From: an uncultured Bacillota bacterium
GTDB lineage: Bacteria; Bacillota_I; Bacilli_A; RF39; UBA660
Assembly (NCBI GenBank): GCA_946617625.1
Contig: CAMOKF010000003.1
Coordinates: forward strand, 1 to 57,575
Length of the DNA stretch: 57,575 bases
Direction of reading: 5' to 3'
Translations under genes and position numbers: made by a program
The notes under the pieces: generated by a model
Seen by the model: only the letters and a program-made list of their open reading frames with translations
What the model was told of the DNA's origin: nothing
Database searches by the model: none
Shown here: piece by piece, positions 37,417 to 45,137 of the stretch
Position numbering within the stretch: the stretch's first letter is position 1
How the letters are laid out: the number at the start of each line of letters is the position of its first letter

Positions 37417-37461
37417 ATTCAACAAGCACTAAATATAATTATTATGAAGGAGATTTGTTGA

Positions 37462-38422
37462 ATGGAAAGAATAGAAGAAGGAATAGTATTTAGTAATGAT
37501 ATATATAGAATACTATGTGGGTATAATGCATTAGATTTTAATTATAATGATAAAAATATTATTATACCCAATAAGAAATTTATTAATTTATTAAGAAAAG
37601 ACTTTAGAAAAGATGTAGAAAGAATATTTCCTAAAGTTACTATTATAAGTGAAGGAGATATGTTGCTATATATAAATCAAAGTATATCAGATGTTTATAG
37701 GAGGTATCCCCATCGTATCACTGGATAAAGTATACTTAGAACCAGAATCTACATATATTGAATTTTTAGATTGTACGAGATTAGATGGTTCAAAAGAACT
37801 GGTGTCTAGAAAAGATCCAAATAACTTTGAAAGTGTTGATAATGATATTGAAAAAATAAGTAATAAACTAAAAAATAAAAATTATAATGGGATAGTTTTA
37901 GCAGATGATGTAGTGTTTTCTGGAAATGTACTTAAAAGTATTATTGATAAGTTTAATTCTAATGGTATTTCAGTTTTAGGCATTAGAAGTTGTATTAGTA
38001 TGAGAGAATCATATGAATATTTTAATGATGAATTACCTTTAGGTTTAAAGTGTGGCTGTGTCATGGAAGATAATGTAATAGATCAGATTTGTGAGAGAGA
38101 TTTTTATTTTGGAATACCTCAATCAGGTATTAGCATCAATACTAGTGATGGAGTTGTTAAAGCTCCTTACTTTAGACCTTTTGGGGACCCTGTTGCTAGA
38201 GCATCTATTCCAAATGTTTTTGAAGATTATTTTTCTAAAGGATGCTTAATTAGATCTTTAGCTTTATGGGATAGAATTAATACTTTAAGTAGTAGAGAGG
38301 TTCTAGTTAGAGACTTACCTGAGACAATTGTTAATACAAATTCTAATGATAGTGTTGTTAAAACTTTAAAAAAAGAAATAAATATAAATAGAGATACTAG
38401 AAATATTGGTTTTTCTAGATAG
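37462..38422 (+). CDS. Phosphoribosyltransferase (PRTase)-like protein encoded in two frames (37462-37728 and the +1 frame through 38422); needs a +1 shift at CCC_C 37708-37711, or is a frameshifted pseudogene
   Basis: PRPP-loop-like motif GIVLADDVVFSGNVLKSII in the second frame; the second frame has no SD before its only ATG (37691); the first frame has SD GAAGGAG; fused product would be about 319 aa. Confidence 0.5.
37699..37713 (+). promoter_or_regulatory. Candidate programmed +1 ribosomal frameshift signal
   Basis: AGGAGG TAT CCC CAT: internal SD 3 nt upstream of slippery CCC_C, same layout as E. coli prfB AGGGGG TAT CTT TGA; the 0-frame A-site codon is His (CAT); 0 frame stops at TAA 37726-37728. 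Confidence 0.45.
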
Positions 38423-38430
38423 GAGGAAAT

Positions 38431-38967
38431 ATGAATAAAATACAAATTGGTGTAATGGGTTCTGCGGCTGATTTAAATTATGGAGAAGATGTAATGAAGT
38501 TTGCTAAAGAATTAGGAAAATTAATTGGAAATAGTGGTAATATTTTAGTTTATGGTGCTGAAAAAGAGTATTCTTCTTTATCTACTTTAGCAGCAATTGA
38601 AGCTTCTAAAGTAGGAGGTATTACAGTTGGTATTACTGGAGGTAAAGGAAAAGACATATATGGTGATTTTAGACCTACAGTATTAATTCCTTGTGGATTG
38701 GAAATAGGTGGAGGAAGAGAATTTAGTTTAGTACTAGGATGTGATGTTATAATTGCAATTAGCGGAGGTTCTGGTACTTTAACTGAAATGGCTATAGCTT
38801 ATCAAGCTGGTATTCCTATAGTTACAATTAATTCTTTTGGAGGATGGTCTTCTAAATTATCAGATACTTATATTGATGATCGTAATAGATTAAAGTGTAT
38901 TAGTGCATCTACTCCTAAGGATGCTCTTAAGAAAGCAATTAAACTAGTAAAGTCTAACAATAGTTAG
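38431..38967 (+). CDS. LOG/SLOG-superfamily Rossmann protein (TIGR00725-like)
   Basis: 178 aa; IGVMGSA N-terminal glycine loop and ISGGSGTLTEMA (LOG-type GGxGTxxE motif); SD AGGAGG. Confidence 0.6.
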   Translation: MNKIQIGVMGSAADLNYGEDVMKFAKELGKLIGNSGNILVYGAEKEYSSLSTLAAIEASKVGGITVGITGGKGKDIYGDFRPTVLIPCGLEIGGGREFSLVLGCDVIIAISGGSGTLTEMAIAYQAGIPIVTINSFGGWSSKLSDTYIDDRNRLKCISASTPKDALKKAIKLVKSNNS

Positions 38968-39025
38968 ACTTTTTCATTGTAGTAATTTTTTAAATTTGTT
39001 ATTATTAATAATAGGAGAGTGCTTT

Positions 39026-39763
39026 ATGATGTTATTGTTTTATATTATTTTTGCTTTTAGTATTTTAGTTATAGTTGGCGTATTTGTTTTTATATCTTTA
39101 CATAAAACTACTAAATATAATTCTTCAGGAATAAAAATTGTTTATGATCCTGAAGATTTGAATCAAGAATCATTTCAAAATTATGCTAAATTTTATGGTA
39201 ATTTTGTTCCTACAGATGATTCATATGATATTAAATTAAATACTATTTATGATTTAATTACTAAGGATAACATCTTAGATATTAGAGAAATAGCTAGTAG
39301 GAGTAATTGCACTGAACTTGAATGTGTTTTGAAGATTAAGTATTTAAAGAATAAAAGGATGTTAGGAGATTATTATATAGATACTACTAATTATTTATTG
39401 GTACCTTGTAGTGTTTCTGATCAATTATTATTAGATAAGTATAAACCTTTTATTTATCATAGTCACTTGCAAGTAGATGAGATTGCAACTTTAATTCCTA
39501 ATCCTAATCATTTAAGTCTCATTGACTTAAGAAATCAAGTGTTTCATGAATTAAACTATTTAGATAATAAATCATTATTAAACGGAATATTAATTGATGA
39601 TGTAGATCGTACAATAACTTATTATACTATTGAGAAAAGAAAAGAAGTTAGAGGTCTTATTACTTCTCATTGTCCTAATTGTGGAGCTTTAAATGATGTG
39701 CAAATAGGTGGTAAGACTCGTTGTGGTTATTGTGGAACAATCATTGTAGGTAAAGAGGAATAA
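39026..39763 (+). CDS. N-terminally anchored membrane protein with two wHTH-like repeats and a C-terminal zinc ribbon
   Basis: Start at ATG 39026 (SD AGGAGAG); TM FYIIFAFSILVIVGVFVFISL; CPNCGA..x13..CGYCGTII. Confidence 0.4.
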   Translation: MMLLFYIIFAFSILVIVGVFVFISLHKTTKYNSSGIKIVYDPEDLNQESFQNYAKFYGNFVPTDDSYDIKLNTIYDLITKDNILDIREIASRSNCTELECVLKIKYLKNKRMLGDYYIDTTNYLLVPCSVSDQLLLDKYKPFIYHSHLQVDEIATLIPNPNHLSLIDLRNQVFHELNYLDNKSLLNGILIDDVDRTITYYTIEKRKEVRGLITSHCPNCGALNDVQIGGKTRCGYCGTIIVGKEE

Positions 39764-39766
39764 AAA

Positions 39767-40330
39767 ATGAAATGTAAAAAGTGTGGCAGCGTTTTAGATG
39801 GTAATGATTCTTTTTGTAGAATGTGTGGTAGTAAGATAAAAAGACTTGATAAGGGCTTAATTCTTATTATTATATTTGGAGTATTAGCATTCGCTTCTAT
39901 AGGTGGTTTAATATACTTTAGTTTAACAACTACTAGTACTAATAAAGTTAGGAATATTGATAATAGTTATTCTGCTATTACTGGAGATTGGGTAGATTCA
40001 TCTTTAAATAATATGTTTAGAATAACTAATACTAAGAGTTACGTTTGGTATCAAAACTACTCAATGGATAAAAATTCTTATATTACAGGTAACTTAAAAG
40101 TATTATCAGGAGATGATGCTTTACTAAAATTAAATATAGATTTAGATACAGTAAAGTCTCTTATTAATGTTGAAGATATTGTAGCTGATGATGTTTACTA
40201 TTTGCAGTTATTTACTTCTAATAAAAATATTAGGTATTCTTATTATAAGTTTTTAGTTGCTATAAGAGATGAAGATTTAATAATTTATAATTATAATGAT
40301 AAAGAGTTTTACTATTGTAGTAAGAGATAA
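39767..40330 (+). CDS. Zinc-ribbon / single-TM / extracytoplasmic-domain protein
   Basis: MKCKKCGS..x9..CRMCGSKI then TM LILIIIFGVLAFASIGGLIYF. Confidence 0.4.
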   Translation: MKCKKCGSVLDGNDSFCRMCGSKIKRLDKGLILIIIFGVLAFASIGGLIYFSLTTTSTNKVRNIDNSYSAITGDWVDSSLNNMFRITNTKSYVWYQNYSMDKNSYITGNLKVLSGDDALLKLNIDLDTVKSLINVEDIVADDVYYLQLFTSNKNIRYSYYKFLVAIRDEDLIIYNYNDKEFYYCSKR

Positions 40331-40381
40331 AACTAGTTTTTTCTAGACTTATGTGTTATAATATGCCCAGTGGTGATACTT

Positions 40382-41191
40382 ATGGGTGATGTAATAGATT
40401 TTAATTCTAATAATATTATTTATAATATGGCTCTAAAAGCTTTTACTAATAATAAATCTGTTATGCAAAAAAAGATTCTTAATTATACAAATAAAAAAGA
40501 ATTTGGAATTGATTTTATTTATAATTTGGCTGATACTGATGAATTTTTATATGAATTAGAAACTTTGATTTGTAATAAAGAATTTCTTAAGAATATAAGC
40601 TTTTATTATATGGCTTTAACTAATTATGGTAATTATTCTGTAAAGAATAATGGTATTTGTGGTAGTATTGATCAAGATTTTTTTATTAATATAAATGTTG
40701 ATAAGGGAAGTATTAAATATAGTTGTAGAAATTTTGATAACTATGAAAAGGGTTATCTGAAATTTTTTGATAATAAGTATTTTATTAATTATAGAAATGG
40801 TAATTGTAATAAGATGATTAATTTGAAAGATATTAAGTCACTTCATAATGATTCTAATAATTCAATGTCTTTCTTTTTTAATTATGATAATGAAAAAATA
40901 TCTAAGAAGAGTATTGAAAAAGAAAGTAATTATTATTATAAAAATAATAAAAAAGAATATATATCATCTAGTAATGATACTAATGTTTTAGATATAAAAA
41001 GATTTAATAAAGTTAAAAATCTTGTTTTATATAATCATATTAAAAAATATTTAAATAGTGATTCTTTAGATTTAGTAAATAAAAATAATTATTATTATGG
41101 ATATGATTTTGATGATAATTTTGATGTTTCTAAGATTCGTTTTATTGAAACTGATAACATTTTTTATAAAACTTTAATTAAGAGAAAGTAG
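40382..41191 (+). CDS. Hypothetical N/Y/K-rich cytoplasmic protein
   Basis: About 269 aa from ATG 40382; preceded by extended -10 TGtTATAAT; no recognisable motif. Confidence 0.35.
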   Translation: MGDVIDFNSNNIIYNMALKAFTNNKSVMQKKILNYTNKKEFGIDFIYNLADTDEFLYELETLICNKEFLKNISFYYMALTNYGNYSVKNNGICGSIDQDFFININVDKGSIKYSCRNFDNYEKGYLKFFDNKYFINYRNGNCNKMINLKDIKSLHNDSNNSMSFFFNYDNEKISKKSIEKESNYYYKNNKKEYISSSNDTNVLDIKRFNKVKNLVLYNHIKKYLNSDSLDLVNKNNYYYGYDFDDNFDVSKIRFIETDNIFYKTLIKRK

Positions 41192-41198
41192 TGATAAT

Positions 41199-42302
41199 AT
41201 GAAAAAAGTTGTAGTTGGAATGAGTGGTGGAGTAGACAGTAGTGTTGCTGCTTTACTATTACAACAACAAGGATATGAAGTAATTGGTTTATTTATGCGT
41301 AATTGGGATTCTCTTGCTGATGGAGAATTTAATGGACCTACTACTTCTTCTGGTATTTGCCCACAAGAAGAAGATTATAATGATGCAAAAGCTGTATGTG
41401 ATAAATTAGGAATTACTCTTCATAGAAAAGATTTTGTTAAAGAATATTGGGATTATGTTTTTACTTATTTTTTAGATGAATTAAAAAAAGGTAGAACTCC
41501 TAATCCTGATATTATGTGTAATAAGTATATTAAGTTTGATATGTTTGCTAAGGAAGCATTAAAATTAGGAGCTGATTATATAGCAACTGGTCATTACGCT
41601 AAAGTAGAAAATGGACATCTTTATAGAGCACTTGACTCTAACAAGGATCAAACTTATTTCTTATCACAAGTTAGTCGTGAACAATTATCTAATGTTTTAT
41701 TTCCTCTTGCTGATTATTTAAAACCTGATATTAGGAAAATAGCAGAGGAAGCAGGTCTTAATACTGCTAAGAAAAAGGATTCTACTGGTATTTGTTTTAT
41801 TGGAGAGAGAAACTTTACTAATTTCTTAAAGAATTATTTACCTAATACTCCGGGTGATGTTATTAATATAGAAACTAATGAAGTTATTGGTAGACATATA
41901 GGATTAATGAATTATACTATTGGTCAAAGAAGAGGACTTAATATTGGCGGTACTGAAGATAAGATGTTTGTTGTAGGAAAAGACTTATCTAAGAATGTTT
42001 TATATATATGTTTAGGTGAAGATAATGATTATTTAATTAGTGATTCTTGTATTGTTGATACTGTTAACTGGTTAGGTGATGAAAAGATTACAGAATGTAC
42101 TGCTAAGTTTAGATATAGACAACAAGATATTCCAGTATCTTTAGAATGGTTAGATAATGGTGAAATACTTGTTAAGTATCCACAAGGTGTAAAATCTGTT
42201 ACTCCTGGACAATCATGTGTATTTTATTCTGGCAATGAGTGCGTAGGAGGTAGTATAATTAAAGAGGTACGTAAGAATAATGAAAAATTATGGTATCTTT
42301 AA
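41199..42302 (+). CDS. mnmA: tRNA 2-thiouridine(34) synthase MnmA
   Basis: VVVGMSGGVDSSVAA PP-loop, NPDIMCN, TGHYA. Confidence 0.93.
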   Translation: MKKVVVGMSGGVDSSVAALLLQQQGYEVIGLFMRNWDSLADGEFNGPTTSSGICPQEEDYNDAKAVCDKLGITLHRKDFVKEYWDYVFTYFLDELKKGRTPNPDIMCNKYIKFDMFAKEALKLGADYIATGHYAKVENGHLYRALDSNKDQTYFLSQVSREQLSNVLFPLADYLKPDIRKIAEEAGLNTAKKKDSTGICFIGERNFTNFLKNYLPNTPGDVINIETNEVIGRHIGLMNYTIGQRRGLNIGGTEDKMFVVGKDLSKNVLYICLGEDNDYLISDSCIVDTVNWLGDEKITECTAKFRYRQQDIPVSLEWLDNGEILVKYPQGVKSVTPGQSCVFYSGNECVGGSIIKEVRKNNEKLWYL

Positions 42303-42315
42303 TTAGAGGTGTTTT

Positions 42316-43032
42316 ATGAATAAGAAGAGATTAATATTTATTGTTATTATAGTTGCAATTATTATTGGATTATTATTTATAAATTCTAAATTCAATAATA
42401 AGAGTACAATCAGTGATGCTATGAAATTTAAAGAAGAGTACGAATCATTAAATAATACTAAGAATGATAATGGTAAAGAATATAGAAATATTTCTATTCC
42501 ATCTGATAATCCATTTCTTTATTTAACTGCTGATGATATTGTAAAAAAGATGGATAACAAAGAAAGCTTTGCTGTATACTTTGGATTTAGTAAATGCCCA
42601 TGGTGTCGTAGTGTTTTACCTACACTTATTGATGTAGCAAGTGATTTAGGAATTGATAGTATTTATTATGTTGATGTTTTAGATATTAGGAATACTTTAG
42701 AAGTTAAAGATGGTGAAGTAGTAGAAACAAAGAAAGGTACTTCAGCATATTACAAATTACTTGATAAGTTTGATTCTGTATTGGATGATTATTCACTTTA
42801 TGATGAAGATGGTAATGAGGTATCTTCTAATCAAAAGAGAATATATGCTCCTAACGTAGTTACTGTATTAGCTGGTAAACCTGAGAGTTTAACTACTGGT
42901 ATAGCTGATAGTCAAAATGATGCTTATATGGAATTAAGTGAAGATATGGTAAATGATACTTATAATAAATTTAAATGTACATTAGAATGCTTAAGTACAA
43001 AAGATACTGTATGTACTAAAAATGCTTGTTAG
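42316..43032 (+). CDS. Membrane-anchored thioredoxin-fold protein
   Basis: N-terminal TM; CPWC (CxxC) motif in FGFSKCPWCRSVLP. Confidence 0.6.
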   Translation: MNKKRLIFIVIIVAIIIGLLFINSKFNNKSTISDAMKFKEEYESLNNTKNDNGKEYRNISIPSDNPFLYLTADDIVKKMDNKESFAVYFGFSKCPWCRSVLPTLIDVASDLGIDSIYYVDVLDIRNTLEVKDGEVVETKKGTSAYYKLLDKFDSVLDDYSLYDEDGNEVSSNQKRIYAPNVVTVLAGKPESLTTGIADSQNDAYMELSEDMVNDTYNKFKCTLECLSTKDTVCTKNAC

Positions 43033-43096
43033 ATAAATTCTTGTTACGAATTTATCTTTTTTTGTGCTAAAATTTATATGGAAGGTAGTGATTGTT

Positions 43097-43900
43097 TTGA
43101 GAACAGTTGTTATTACTGGTAGTGCAAGAGGTTTTGGCTTTGAAATGATTAAGTTATTTAGAAAAAATAATTTTAATGTAGTCTTATGTGATGTATCTGA
43201 AGATAATTTAAATAGTGCTAAGATGAGTTTAGAAAATATGAAATACGATGGTAAAGTTTTATCTTTTAAGACTGATATAACTAATGAGGAGGATGTTAAG
43301 TATTTAATTAATAATACTTTAGCTGAAGTAGATAGTATTGATATTTGGATTAATAATGCTGGAGTTAACCAACCTAATAAACCTATTTGGGAGTTAGAGA
43401 CTAAAGATATTAATAGATTAATAGATATTGATTTAAAAGGTACTATTCTTTGTTCTAAAGAAATAATGAAAGTTATGACTAAGCAAGGTTTTGGTGGTAT
43501 TTATAATGTTGAAGGACACGGAAGCAATGATGCTACTATTTTAGGTTTAAGTATTTATGGTACTAGTAAGAGAGCTGTTACATATTTTACTGAGGCTTTA
43601 GCTAAAGAGTCAGAAGTTATGAATACTGGTGTAGTTGTAGGTAAGATTACTCCTGGTATTATGATTACTAATTTTATTTCTACTTCTCTAGGAGATGGAG
43701 AATCTATAGACTTGGATGATAAAACTAAAAAAATATATAATATTTTAGGTGATAGACCTGAAACTATAGCACAATTTATGGTTCCTAAGATTATTTCTAA
43801 TACTAAAAATAATGTTAAGTTTACATGGTTGACTACTTTACGTGCTTCTTATAGATTTATGACATCTTGGAGAAAAAAGAATAATTTTTTTGAGAATTAA
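43097..43900 (+). CDS. Short-chain dehydrogenase/reductase (SDR)
   Basis: VVITGSARGFG (TGxxxGxG), NNAG, YGTSK (YxxxK); start uncertain (TTG 43097, GTG 43088 or GTG 43064). Confidence 0.7.
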   Translation: MRTVVITGSARGFGFEMIKLFRKNNFNVVLCDVSEDNLNSAKMSLENMKYDGKVLSFKTDITNEEDVKYLINNTLAEVDSIDIWINNAGVNQPNKPIWELETKDINRLIDIDLKGTILCSKEIMKVMTKQGFGGIYNVEGHGSNDATILGLSIYGTSKRAVTYFTEALAKESEVMNTGVVVGKITPGIMITNFISTSLGDGESIDLDDKTKKIYNILGDRPETIAQFMVPKIISNTKNNVKFTWLTTLRASYRFMTSWRKKNNFFEN

Positions 43901-43961
43901 TTTATTTATTTCTTTTTAATTAATATTAGTTATTGTATAATGTTTTTGGGAGTGTTTTTTT

Positions 43962-44483
43962 ATGGGAAGTACATTAGAAGATATAAAAAATAGAAGAAGT
44001 TGTAAGAGTTTTGATAGTAAGATGGTAGAACACTCTATTATTGAGAAAATAGTGGAGGCTGGTATGCATGCTCCTAGTGGAATGAATAAGCAATCTCCTA
44101 TCATATTAGCTATTACTAATAAAGAAATAAGAGATAAACTATCTAGTGTAAATGCATCTATTTTAGGTAGAGAGAATATTGATCCATTTTATGGTGCTCC
44201 TGTTGTTTTAGTTGTATTAGCAGACAAATCAGTTCCTACATATTTATATGATGGCAGTGTTGTAATGGAAAATATGTTATTAGCTGCAGAGTCATTAGGT
44301 TTAGGAGCTTGTTGGATTCATAGAGCAAAAGAAGAATTTCAAAGTGATTTTGGAATAGAGTTACTTAAGTCTTTGGGAATTAGTGGAGATTATGAAGGTA
44401 TTGGCAATTGTGTTTTGGGTTATAAATTAAATGAAGGAAGAGTTCATACAATAAAAGATAATTATGTCTTTTATGTAGACTAA
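43962..44483 (+). CDS. Nitroreductase-family protein
   Basis: IKNRRSCKSF, HAPSGMNKQSPIIL. Confidence 0.75.
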   Translation: MGSTLEDIKNRRSCKSFDSKMVEHSIIEKIVEAGMHAPSGMNKQSPIILAITNKEIRDKLSSVNASILGRENIDPFYGAPVVLVVLADKSVPTYLYDGSVVMENMLLAAESLGLGACWIHRAKEEFQSDFGIELLKSLGISGDYEGIGNCVLGYKLNEGRVHTIKDNYVFYVD

Positions 44484-44485
44484 TA

Positions 44486-45073
44486 ATGAATCGTTTAAAA
44501 GATAAATATAACAAAATTAAATCGCCTGAAGAACTTCTAGATTTTATGCACACTAATATAAAATATGGTATGTATGGTATAAATAAAAGATTATATGATA
44601 CATCTGATCTTGATGCTTTTGAACTTGCTAGTGATATTTATTGGAATTTATCAGCTCCTGCTACTACATTAAAAATTGGTTATGGTCAAATTTTTGATCA
44701 AGTTGAATTGGAAAGAGATTGGTTTACTAAAAATGGGTATGAATGTAAGACTTTATATATTACATTTTTGGTTGATTCAGTTAACTCTTATCCAACTCAT
44801 GCTTATTTAGTATATAAAAAAGATGGAAAATGGTATTGGTTTGAAAATTGTGATAAATCTAACTATGGAATTCATTCTTATGATTCTTTAGCTGACTTAA
44901 TTACTGATCAAATGTCTAAACATGTTAAGCTAGCTAGTAGATTTAATCCGATAGATCAAGACACTTTAGATTTGTTACATATATATGAATATGATAAGCC
45001 TAAATATGGAATGAATACTAATGACTTTAAAAAATATATTTTAAATAGTGAGGAAGTACCTATAGTTGAATAG
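44486..45073 (+). CDS. Transglutaminase/papain-like fold protein lacking the nucleophile Cys (paralogue of the C-terminal half of 56145-57182)
   Basis: SPEELLDFMHTNIKYGM / TPEDILEYMKCNIRYGW, GYGQIFDQVEL vs LGCCIEQVYL, THAYLVY vs MHCFALY, YWFEN vs YQIEH. Confidence 0.45.
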   Translation: MNRLKDKYNKIKSPEELLDFMHTNIKYGMYGINKRLYDTSDLDAFELASDIYWNLSAPATTLKIGYGQIFDQVELERDWFTKNGYECKTLYITFLVDSVNSYPTHAYLVYKKDGKWYWFENCDKSNYGIHSYDSLADLITDQMSKHVKLASRFNPIDQDTLDLLHIYEYDKPKYGMNTNDFKKYILNSEEVPIVE

Positions 45074-45098
45074 ATACTTTTTTATTTTTATGTACACA

Positions 45099-45112
45099 AG
45101 AACAAATGTTCG
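45099..45112 (+). promoter_or_regulatory. LexA (Cheo/SOS) box
   Basis: AGAACAAATGTTCG = GAAC-N4-GTTC core, placed in the spacer between a weak -35 (TACACA) and the extended -10. Confidence 0.75.
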
Positions 45113-45121
45113 TGTTATAAT
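45113..45121 (+). promoter_or_regulatory. Extended -10 element (TGtTATAAT) of the polymerase operon
   Basis: TG 45113-45114, TATAAT 45116-45121. Confidence 0.6.
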
Positions 45122-45137
45122 CTAATTAGGTGATCTT

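Noticed and set aside
37335-37420. Riboswitch or T-box in the leader upstream of the PRTase-like gene
   Set aside because: No T-box consensus (AANNNGGGTGGTACCGCG-like) or specifier-loop architecture is present. There is no resemblance to the purine, PRPP/ykkC or ZTP cores that I can recall, and the region is short. The translated His-rich ORF overlapping the first helix fits leader-peptide attenuation better. Only a covariance-model scan (Rfam/Infernal) could exclude an unknown riboswitch.
35409-38445. Antisense ORFs 35409-35636, 37882-38064 and 38227-38445
   Set aside because: They are embedded opposite the acyl-CoA synthetase and PRTase-like genes and have no supporting signals.
43916-44104. 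62-aa minus-strand ORF overlapping the nitroreductase start
   Set aside because: It is antisense to a gene with clear family motifs and to its promoter and SD.
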